This document shows positions 27,565 to 37,900 of a stretch of 64,000 nt of DNA, piece after piece. The translations under genes and the position numbers were made by a program. The notes below the pieces were generated by a model. The model was not told the origin of the DNA. It saw nothing but the letters and a program-made list of their open reading frames with translations, and did not search any database. Position 1 is the first letter of the stretch, and every line of letters starts with the position of its first letter. Origin of the DNA: Phaeosaccion multiseriatum (taxonomy: Eukaryota > Protista > Ochrophyta, other classes); the NCBI GenBank assembly GCA_965112735.1, contig OZ218955.1:1054001-1118000 (forward strand). Direction: 5' to 3'.

Positions 27565-27944
27565 TGTGTTCTGCATGTGTTCTCTACATTGTATTCTCTA
27601 TTTCTTGGCCTACTGTATCACACTCTTTCCCCACCCCCATCTTTCATCTGCCTGCCTCGCTCACCCCCCCCCCCCCTCTCCCTCCATCTCTCCCTCCGTC
27701 TCTTCCCTCCCTCCCTCCCTCCCTCCCTCCCTCCCTCCCTCCCTCTCTCCATCCCCCTCTCTCCCTCCCCTCTCCCTCATCCCTTCGCAGCCAAGGAAGC
27801 CTCACCGCTGCTGACTACTTCAAGTACTTGGAGAAGAGTTACCCCGGGGGGGCCCAGAAGGCCCTTCCTGGACTCAGAGGGGCTCTCCCACGCCCCAAGC
27901 TGGGCCAGCTGGAGACGGTTATTAACCTCTCGAACATGCTCTAG
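19430..27944 (+). CDS. Giant (~2037 aa) plastid-targeted A/K/E/Q/P-rich repeat protein with LEA group 3-like 11-mers. Exons 19430-19477, 19832-19944, 20194-20512, 21096-21304, 21818-22415, 22843-27515, 27791-27944
   Basis: The exons join in frame via GT-AG (6114 nt). The N-terminus MKKAFVLAATLSGIEQ|ASAFHAP is a signal peptide plus ASAFAP motif. It has a long AQAAQEKKE/AQAAKEKAEQ helical array and a short non-repetitive C-terminal domain. Confidence 0.8.
19661..19746. repeat. 43-bp tandem duplication in intron 1 of the giant plastid protein gene
   Basis: TTTGTTTTGAGCTTGTGTGCGCAGATCTGGGCTTTTCTTGATT begins at 19661 and again at 19704. Confidence 0.9.
20586..20721. repeat. Intronic 17-bp minisatellite, 8 copies (GGGCCTTGCTTGCGTTA)
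   Basis: Direct reading; units differ at about 1 position. Confidence 0.95.
25501..26390 (+). repeat. Coding tandem repeat, 195-bp (65-aa) unit, about 4.5 near-identical copies
   Basis: CAGCAACAGAAGGC(A/T)GAGGCC recurs at 25501, 25696, 25891, 26086 and 26281. Confidence 0.9.
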
Positions 27945-29077
27945 AGTTGGAAGTTTCAGCTTCGGTTACAGTTCTCAGTGTAGTTTGGCTGGGGCTGTGT
28001 CCAATCTCTACACTGCTTTACTGTCGAGATGAACGATGTCGAAGAGGGACACAGCTTACAGAGAGAGAGAGAGAGAGGTGTGGGGGAGAGGAGGGAGGGT
28101 CGGAGGGAGGTAAAGAACAGAGGAGGGTGCAAGCGGAGACACACATGGGGGGCGAGCAGCATGAGAGTTTTCCGGGAGGGTTTTGATGACCTTCTATTAT
28201 TATACCAGGCAAGAGAATAGTCTGGTGGAAGGGAGGGCGGGCAAGCCGGAGGAAATCTCACTGCCTGACTCCTTCGTGTCTGTGCCTGTCTTGTGTCATG
28301 GAGGGCAGCTTTGAGGGAAGGAGAGAGGGGAGGAGGGGGTTAGAGATGTGTTGGTGTCAGAGAGGAGGAGGAGGGGGGGGGGGGGGGGTATCGTTATAGT
28401 TTTCGTATGGGTACAGTGGGGGCGAGGCGCGTGGATATGCATGCGTGACGGTATTTACGGTTTCACACGAAGCAGTCATCGTGGGGGAGGAGGGACAGGG
28501 GGGGGGGGGGATATACGTTATTTTACGGGAGGGAAGGAGAGGTACATTTACGAATTTAATGTCGGAGAGGGGATTGATTAATTAGAGGTATTACATGTAG
28601 TTAGTTCGTTAGTAGAAAGGAGGAGGAAGTCGATACAACGTAGAGTGAGATAGAGCAAGCACACACCCACACCAGCAGCAGCCAGGGGCCATGTGTTGGA
28701 AGTTTTTTATATTCAATTTACATTCCAAACCAAACTCAAGAGCCTTTAAGATCATCGCCTCCATCGACGGACCGCTAAGGATAGCGACCACCATTCATGT
28801 AGACAACATCGGCTGCAACGCCCTTGCCAATGGAGACAACCTACGCAAGAAGCTCCAGCACACCGCAGTCAAGGGCCACGTCGTCCAGGACCAAGTCAAA
28901 CACGGTTAGACTCATGTTCTGTGGACGCGCCTTGTGCGACCACACACTGTGATGATATGGCCTGCACTTGCGTACAAGTTGCAGCAGATCATGCCACGCT
29001 TATCTTCCCCCCTCGGGGCCTAGGAGCACAAAAATAGGGAAAAAGAAAAGAATAGGACATTCAACAAAAGAGGGAGT

Positions 29078-29261
29078 GTCGGGAGAGGTCGCTGTAGCAA
29101 AAGGGCCCGGTGTACCGAATGCCGATGAGGTCAATGTTCGAGTATGGCACGTGTGTTAGTGAGAGACTTCGCGACACACTAACACACGTGTCCATTACTC
29201 CAACATTGACCTCATCGGCATTCGGTACACCGGGCCCTTTGCTACAGCGACCTCTCTCGAC
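29078..29261. mobile_element. Foldback element / long near-perfect palindrome (~80-bp arms)
   Basis: GAGAGGTCGCTGTAGCAAAAGGGCCCGGTGTACCGAATGCCGATGAGGTCAATGTT..CACGTGTGTTAGTG pairs with CACTAACACACGTG..AACATTGACCTCATCGGCATTCGGTACACCGGGCCCTTTGCTACAGCGACCTCTC around a ~14-nt loop. Confidence 0.75.
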
Positions 29262-29506
29262 GCACAGGGTCTGCCGCTCTGGTCCAGGAAGCCGCCGCTG
29301 TCCTCAGTAAGACCGAGAAGGACTTGGAGGACGCGCGGGACGACGACAATGAGGCCTTGCTGAGAAAGCGCAACGCAGCCAGCCAAGAGGACCAAAGCCT
29401 CACAATTCCAGGCCAGCACCCTCCCTTGAAGGACACTCACTACCACTGACAATACCCTCCTCTTTTATGTGAAGCTTCTCGTCAGTCAACGGCAGTCAAT
29501 GTCAAA

Positions 29507-31113
29507 TTAGAAATGCCCCGCAACAATGCTTGCCAACACAATCGCCGCAAAGTCTCTATTGGAGGAGAAGGTCTGCATGAGCTGAGGCGGATCGTCCAGC
29601 TTTGCCTGCCAGATCTGTCTCCCTTGGTGCATCCCTGCCAGTGCCAACCCCACGTAGAAGGGCGAGGTGAGCTCATTCATCACACCCGTCGTCGCCAGCA
29701 GTCCAATGCACCCCACCGAGAAGCCGGTCAGGACGGGCTTGGTGTATTTGGCGCCAAAGAGCAGAGAAGTGCTCTTCAGTCCCAAGGCGGCGTCGTCTTG
29801 CTTGTCTTGGTGGCCGTACAGAGTGTCGTAGATTAGGGTCCAGCACACCCCGGCGCCGTACAGAGGCAGCACCTTTGGTAGGGGTTTGAGTTTGAGGTTG
29901 AGCTTCATGAGTAACAGTTTCAGTTGGATTCCAATTGCTGCTTATCATGGGTGTCAATCAACAGAGGTTATTGAGTAACTGTCTACCGAAAGCTTTTGCC
30001 CCCTTTCTGTGGATAACTACTCTTGTGTGTGGATGCGTCAGCAACGCAGGAGGGATCGAGCCGCCGTCTCAAGACAGACTTGGAGGGGGAAGGAGGACAG
30101 ATAAGACTGATAGGTAGCTAGCTAGCTCGATAGATAGCCATGTAGCTAAATAGGTAGGTGTATAGATAGATACGTAACATGGTAGGTGAGATAGGTACAT
30201 AGGTAGATACATCGCCAGATACCTACACAGAACCCTTACCTGAGGCCAGGCGGTGGTGCCGTGAACTGCCGTCCACCCAATCAGCGCGCCCCAATTGAAG
30301 GTGAGGCCGAGCACTGCTTGTGGCCACCAGGTCACACGCTTCATGAGAGGGTAGGCGATCACCAGCGGCATGGACAAGAAGCCCAGCTTGATGCTCTCCA
30401 AGTTGAGCCTGTGCACGTGAGTGTGTGTGTGTGTGCGTGCGTGTGTGTGTGTGGGGGGGGGGGTGGTGCATGCGTGGGGGTGTGTGTGTGCTTGCGTGTG
30501 TGTGCCCCTTTCTCTCTCTCTCTCTCTCTCACAGACACACCCTAACACCCTACCTCTCCTTCTCACTCACATATTCGTATCCTCTCTCCTCCTCTCAATA
30601 CCCACCTCAGCAAGACTCCGAGTCCCAATGTGAGCTGCCCCGCCAGTAGCCCAAAGGCCTGGGGCACAGAGAGCTCTCTCGAGGCCAACGGGCGGAGCTT
30701 CGTCCTCTTGACGGCCCCATCAATGTCCCTGTCCCAGAGGTCGTTCACAACACACCCGGCCCCTCGCATAACAAACGCACCGACCCCGAATAGAAGCATC
30801 AGTTCGGGGTCAGGAAAGTGTCCCATAGGGGCGGCCAAAGCCGTGCTCCACCAGCAGGGGAAGGCCAGCAGCCATGTGCCCGCTGGCTTGTCTATTCGCG
30901 CTAGTCGGCCGTAGGCGCCGAGCCCGCCCTTCCCCAGCAAGATGAGAAGGGTGGAAGTTGTGGCGGGTGGGACTGCAGATCCGGAGGCTGATTTGAATGG
31001 TATTGTGGTCGGGGGTTGTTGTGGCGTGTATCGCGCAGGGACACTTGACGCGGTGGATGTGGTCACTGGCAAGTGTGGCGATGGCAAGGCAGGCGAAGAG
31101 GACTCCACGCCCC

Positions 31114-31151
<38 letters not shown>

Positions 31152-31409
31152 CGCGTCTGCTGCTGCTCCTGCTGCTGCTCCTGCTGCTGCCCGAGAGGAT
31201 TCAGAGAGGAAGTGACCCTCGCCTTCGGTTCCATGCTCGGCCCTGCACAGTTGCTGCTGCCGTGCCGAACATCCGCCACGGACCACCCCTGCTTACACGT
31301 CGTCTCCCACCCCCTCGTCCTCCTCCTCCTCATCCTCCTGCTAAGTCCGAGAGCGAAACACTCAGCCGCCTCCCGAGACTCATTAGCCTCGCTGCCACTA
31401 CTGCTCCTG

Positions 31410-31454
<45 letters not shown>

Positions 31455-31528
31455 TGCCTGCAGACCTCTCTCCACAGCAGACTACCTTGTCTTCTCCGAA
31501 CACAGCTCAATCCTGCCACGAGAGACAT
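29507..31528 (-). CDS. COQ2: 4-hydroxybenzoate polyprenyltransferase (UbiA/COQ2). Exons 31528-30606, 30408-30240, 29872-29507
   Basis: [41 protein letters not shown]; [24 protein letters not shown]; [30 protein letters not shown]. Confidence 0.95.
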
Positions 31529-31745
31529 CCTTATCTTCTCTCTCCTCTCTGGTTTAGGAAGGGATTGAGGACGTGGAAAATGAGTGAGCGGAAACTCTCG
31601 ATTATTACGTACGCGATGGTGCACGCACCAAGATTTTTTTTGGGGATGGGCGGCAGCAACTGACGCGGGGCGAGAGAGAGGAGGAGCAGCAAGGGCACTG
31701 TACGCCTCTGCCTCTTGTGTGCGCTGATCAACTGCAATCTCAATC

Positions 31746-33058
31746 ATGGTGATGGACGAGGTCAGCGTGGGCCACATCGTCAAGGCCAAGACTTGCCTCG
31801 GGCGGGAGGTGAAGGGCACAATCTACACTGTGGACCCAGTTACCAACTCGGTAGTGCTGCGGGAGGCGCACGGATGGACAACCACGACTTGTTCGCTCAC
31901 CGTGCTGAACAAGGCGCACCTGGAGAGCCTCGAGATTGTGGGGCAGGACACTTCGGCGGCCACTCTAGAGAGCCTCAAGCTGCAGGCTGTGCCTGACGCG
32001 GAGCTGCAGAGGAAGGAGGGCAAGGCTCTCCGGGAGATGGAGAAGGCACTGCTGCAGATCAATAAGGTGAGAGTAAGCAGGAGGAGGCAGGGACAGGTGC
32101 AAGGGCAGGAGAGGTTAGGGTTGCATCTGTCTTTCATTTCTTTCTTTCCTCTCTCTGTTTGCTTGGGTGCAGAGGTGGGGTCAAGGGCAAATGAGCCAAC
32201 CCTGCGACTAGAGATTGTGATCAGCTAATGACGATCGCACCACAGCAAAGCACACCACCTTCCACCTCTGCAATACGTTGCAAACCACTCTTTACTTTCT
32301 TACCCCCACACATACCATTGTACCACACGCGAACTATGTCAAATTCGTACCTTTCCGTCAGTGATTGGATCACAGCCGAATGTTTGCAAAAGTATAGTCG
32401 GGTTCTGAGCGAGTGCGTACTCTGCGCGGGTCTCACGGCGCTGGCCTGGGTCGAGAATGCGCCGAAAGGCATAGTCTCTCCCAGGATGAGACAAGTGGAC
32501 GCGCCAGCCACTCCAAACCTACACACACACACACACGCACACACACACACGCACACACACACACGGAGATAGATTGATGGATAGAATGATCGATATATAG
32601 AGGTTTGTTTCCTCTCTTCACTCACTTACCACCGTGCTGCTTCTCTGCCTGTCCCTGCCCCATACACCCTTCTCCCGTCTTCACACAAACACGCACACAC
32701 ACACACACACACACATACGCACACACACATCGATTTTAAACACACAAAGAACGTGTCCCCGGATGTGCAACGTCTCTTCGACGCACTGGCCAAGACCATG
32801 GAGTGCGAGTGGCACGGGGCGGCCATAGTGGTGTTCGAGCAAGTCATTATCGAGCCTCCGTACGAAGCAAACACGTGCAAGTCGCTGGATGGGCATGAGC
32901 AGGCCCTGGTTAGGGTAGTGAAGGTGCTTCAGCAGGTCAAGAACAAGCTCTCTGTCGCTTCGGCGGCTTCGGGTGGGGCAGGCGGAGGAGGAGGAGGAGG
33001 AGGAGGAGGAGGAGGAGGAGGAGGCCTCAATGGCGTGGCAGGAGGAGGGAAGAACTAG
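31746..33058 (+). CDS. LSM12: LSM12-like protein (Sm-like domain plus C-terminal anticodon-binding-like AD domain). Exons 31746-32066, 32750-33058
   Basis: [34 protein letters not shown]|[47 protein letters not shown] matches the LSM12 family pattern. Confidence 0.85.
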
Positions 33059-34985
33059 AGAGCCACAAGCGGCTGGGGGCAGGAGGAAGGGCCGGTCGTT
33101 GCAGAGGGACGGACGTTACTCGTTGCGGCAACTGCGTATCCGTTTTGACCGGGGGGGGGGGGGGGCGTGCTCGCATCTTTCACCAGGAGCGTCCATCTCA
33201 TGTATTCCGCAGCCGTTTCCCTCCCCACTTGCAGCGCAAGCAGCTGTGACAGCAGCAGCAGCAGCAGCAGTAGCAGCAATAGCAGCAGCAGCGTGAGCAA
33301 TAGTTGGTGATACAGCAGCAGCAGCAGCAGGAAGTCATGTCGTGTTGAGCCACAGAGAAGCAGGGAGGGAAAAGGCGGGCAGCCCTCGGCGCCATGATCC
33401 ATCTGTTTTTTGCTGCGTCGAACGGGCAGCCCCGCCCCGTAACCCCGACAGTCAAAAGCAAAACAACGGCAGCCAGCAAGTTGGTGATACAGCGGCAGGA
33501 GCAGCGGCTGCGGCGAAGGAATGTCTCGCTGAGAACACCACTCCGAAAGGTCGGCAAGCGAAGGGAACTTGACGACAGCCACGCCGGCCTCGCGCTGCCA
33601 TCTTCTGCCATCTCCTGCCATCTCCAGGGGCAGCTGCCTCCCCTCCCCTATCCTACCCTACTTACGATGAGCTGCCGGCTTGCTGGCGACACTACTGCAG
33701 GCGTGCGGCTGTAGCTGACCGTTACATCCTCCAGTCGAGGCGGCGGTGCTGAGGTGCTCGTGCGGGGAGGGAGGGAAAGACTCGGAGAGGGGCAAGGGCA
33801 AGGAGGAGGACCGTCCCTTCCCCTCCCCTCTCCTCCCCTCCCCTGAGGCTGGCTGCGCTGGGCCTGCCCTCTCACTGCTGGAGAGGAAGAGTGCTCCCGA
33901 GACAACGACACGACACAGTCGGTTGGGCGAGGGTAGGCGGAGGCGCGGCTGCAGTCAGGCAGCGACACACGCACACACACACACACGGGCAGCGACAGCA
34001 GCAGGGAGGTGGGGCAGGGGAGGAGAGGAGTGGAGTGGAGTGGAGTGGAGTGGAGCAGCTCCCCCTCTCTCTGACTTTGGAAACGTTCCCAGGATCGGAG
34101 CGGCTCCTCATGGTGGTGCGTTTGAGTAGCTGCGAGTGCTGGCTGTAGTGGCGGGGCGTTTGCCACTGTGACGTGGCGTATTTAAACTTTGGTACAAGGG
34201 GGGCTAATAATGAATAATGAATTATTCATTGTCAGCCTAACAATGATAGTAATAGTAATGATAAGGAAAAAGAAAAAAAATGAATTCCTTATTTCTGATC
34301 TGTTCTCGTCGAGTGGTCTTGCAGCGTGGTCCGGTTTGGGAGCCTTGCCTTGACTGAGGAGAAGGGAAGGGGGAGGTAAAGAAAATAAACCATCACTACA
34401 CTCATGGCTTCTGTAACGTGTTAATAATGGCCATGACCTCGACTCACCTGCTGCTCAAGAACCCAACACGTACCACTTCCACACTGTTGCGGCTGCTGCC
34501 GCCCCTGCTGCTGCTACTGCTGCTGCCGCTGCTGCTGCTGCTGCTACTACTATTACTACTACTAGAGTACTACTACTACTGCTGCTGCTGCTGCTGTGCC
34601 TCGTCTTCGGAGGACAGCACAGAGGGCAAAGAGGAGAGCAGCCAATTACGTAGGAGTGCAAAACACATCAACAACGCTTTAACCACACACTAACACCCAA
34701 CCCTGCACCCCACTGACTTACTCCATTGCTGTGCTGTGGGGTGACTGATGATTTCACACCGAACGCGCACGCAACATTATTACTTCACGCACGTTAGATT
34801 ATATACACGTATCTCGCCGCTGAAGGCTCCTCCCGGGGGGCAGGCGGGCCCCAGGGGGGGGGCAAGACACCGACTATACGCTGGCAGTAGTTGACAGTAG
34901 ATGGCAGTAGATGGTAGTACGCGTACGAGGTGGGAGTTGTGCGTGCGTGTCTGAGTAGTTTTTGTCTATCGCTTCATGGCCATGC

Positions 34986-37900
34986 TCAGGATATTTCCGG
35001 GAAGATTCTCAGGGGGTGCGCTTCCGTGTTGAAGGTGTACTTCATGAGGTCAATCGGGTGGTCGGGGTCCTGAGGCCAGGGCGGAGGGAGAGACAGGGCG
35101 AGAGGGATACAAAGGGAGTGAGAGGGAGGAGAGAGAGAGAGAGAGAGGGAGAAGGACAGAGAGAAAAGAGAGAAGGGGAGAAAGAAAGAGCAAGGGGAGA
35201 GAGAAGAGAGAGAGGGATGAGGAGAAGAGAGGAAGAAGGGAGGGGAGAGAGAGAAAGAGAGGAAGAGAAAGGAAGGAAGTCAGAGAAAGATACGATAGGG
35301 AGACAGTGTGGAAGCAAATACAAAAGTCCGTCCGCCTTCCCAGCAAGGCTCCCTCTCTCACACACACATCACACACACACAACACACACACACACGCACA
35401 TACGTAAACGCACACACGTAAAAGCACACAACTACACTCACTGCCAGAGGCCCAAGTACACTCACTACCAGATGCCCAACGTGACTTACTTGGATGAGGT
35501 AGAGGTACTTGAGAGTCTCTCCGAGGAAGAAGCTCTCCATACGGTCGTCAGGGGAGCGGTTGGGATTGTTCACGTCGGGGAAGGCACCTGGGGGAGGGCG
35601 CGAGGGAGGGAGGGAGTGAGTGAGTGAGTGAGTGAGTGATTGAGTGAGTGGGTGAGTGAGTGAGTGAGTGAAGTGATTGAGCGAGTGAGTGGGTGAGTGA
35701 GTGAGTGAGTGAAGTGATTGAGCGTGTGAGTGAGTGAGCGAGTGAGTGAGCGAGTGAGTGAGTGAGTGAGTGAAGTGATTTGAGCGAGTGAGTGGGTGAG
35801 CGTGAGTGAGTGAATGAGTGAGTTTGAGTGCAAGCGGAAAGAGAAGGAAGAGCTCTATCCCCTCCCCTCCCCTCCCCTCCCTTCCCAAACCCCTCCCCTC
35901 CTCCCCTCTCCTCCCCCTTCCCCTCCTCACCATACGCCGTCTTGGTTCTGCAGTGCTTTTCAATGGCCTGAAATATCTCCCAACTCCACTCCCTATAAAT
36001 CGGGTCCCCAGTGAGTTGATGCAATATGAACAAGGACTCCGCCGTCTCGGGACGAAGTATGTAGAAGCCGCCGCTCTTGGGCACGGTGATGTCCGCCCCC
36101 TTGGAAAACTGCACCCACTCGGGGCTCAGGCCCTTGAGGGAGGGAGGAGGGAGATAAAGAGAGGGCGGAGGGGAGGGGAGAGGAGGGTAGGGGAGGGGAG
36201 GGGAGGGGTGGATGAGGATTAGGTCAAGGATGGGGATTAGGTTGTAGGTCAAGCGGGCAAAAGACTGGCGTGAGAAAACGGACGAGAGGTACAAACTCGT
36301 ACAGTTTCAAATAATGGACCTCATCCCATACCCCTCCCCTCCCCTGCCCTCCCCTCACTCACCGTCTTCTGCCTCGCGTACATCTGGTAGCAGGTGTACG
36401 CCAACGCTTTTCCCATCCTCATATCCCTCTCCTTCCTCTCGGGATCGGCTGTGGTTACCGACCCAAGTGCCAGGCTGTGTGTGCGTGTAGGTGGGTCATG
36501 ACGGATGGCAGTGGATGGCGAGGCTTAGGGTTTCCTACTCATCTGAAACTGAAACTTTGAGCCCCGATAGGGTTTAGGGTCTGTGGAACTGGGACGATAT
36601 GCCCCGTACGCCTCCAACCTACATGCCCCATACACCTCCAACCATTATTCCCCATATACCTCAACCCATACGTCATGTGCCCCATACACGTCCAACCATT
36701 ATTCCCCATATACCTCAACCCATACGTCATGTGCCCCATACACCTCCAACCATTATGCCCCATATACTTCAACCCATACGTCTTGTGAACCATACACCTC
36801 CAACCATTATTCCCCATATACCTTAACCCATACGTCTTGTGCACCATACACCTCCAACCATTATGCCCCATATACCTCAACCCATACGTCATGTGCCCCA
36901 TACACCTCCAACCATTATTCCCCATATACCTCAACCCATACGGCATGTGCCCCATACACCTCCAACCATTATGCCCCATATACCTTAACCCATACGTCTT
37001 GTGCCCCATACACCTCCAACCATTATGCCCCATATACTTCAACCCATACGTCTTGTGCCCCATACACCTCCAACCATTATGCCCCATATACTTCAACCCA
37101 TACGTCTTGTGCCCCATGCACCTCCAACCATTATGCCCCATATACCTCAAACCATACGTCTTGTGCCCCATACACCTCCAACTGACCTGCCCGCCATGAA
37201 GCACACGAGATGGTCCATCTTGGGGTTGATGGTACGTCCGTTCCAGTCAGCGATAAAGGACATGCCCTGGGGGGTGGGTGGAGGCAGAGAGGAGATGGAA
37301 GTGGGCGGGTGGATGGATCGATGGTAGAGGGTGGATGAAGGCGCGGATGGGTGGATGGGTGAGTGTGCGTCGCCATTTTCTTGTCACTTTCTTATGAGAG
37401 TTAACGAAGGTCTTCCTCCCCCCCCTCCCTCCCTCTCACTCCCTCTCCCTCCCTCCCTCCCTCCCTCCCTCCCTCCCTCCCTCCCTCCCTCCCTCCCTCC
37501 CTCCCTCCCTCCCTCCCTCCCTCCATCCTGTAACGGGAGGCGACTTAGCTTACCGATGGCGACGACTGTTGCCATAGGATGTTGGCCACCCCATCAATGG
37601 CACGGTCATACATTTGCCTGTGCACGCACGCGCGTACGCATGAGCATTGTGTTTCGTGTGTAGATAAGAGAGAGACAAAGGGGGGGCGGGGGGAGGGATG
37701 GTTCATGGCGAGAAATTGAAAGTTGGTGATACGGGTGGGCTGTATCACCAACTACTGCGGCAAAGCATTCCCTGTACAAAGCACAAACCCAGTGGACAAT
37801 GAACAAAGCGCCCCACTCAAAGCCAAAAAACACGTAGAGAGAGAGAGAGGTGTATGATACGGTATCTCTCTCATCAACGCATGCAAGACATAAAACCTAA

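Noticed and set aside
22479-27576. Long antisense ORFs (22479..24416, 24308..26494, 24982..26595, 26605..27576)
   Set aside because: These are shadow frames of the GC-rich repetitive plus-strand exon.
33059-34985. Protein-coding gene between LSM12 and the mannosidase
   Set aside because: Only short low-complexity ORFs with no recognisable domain or coherent splice chain; probably UTR or intergenic.
36598-37183. CRISPR array or repeat-protein ORFs (36539..37204, 36583..37185)
   Set aside because: The units are contiguous with no unique spacers, there are no cas genes, the context is eukaryotic, and the array lies inside a GT-AG intron of the mannosidase.
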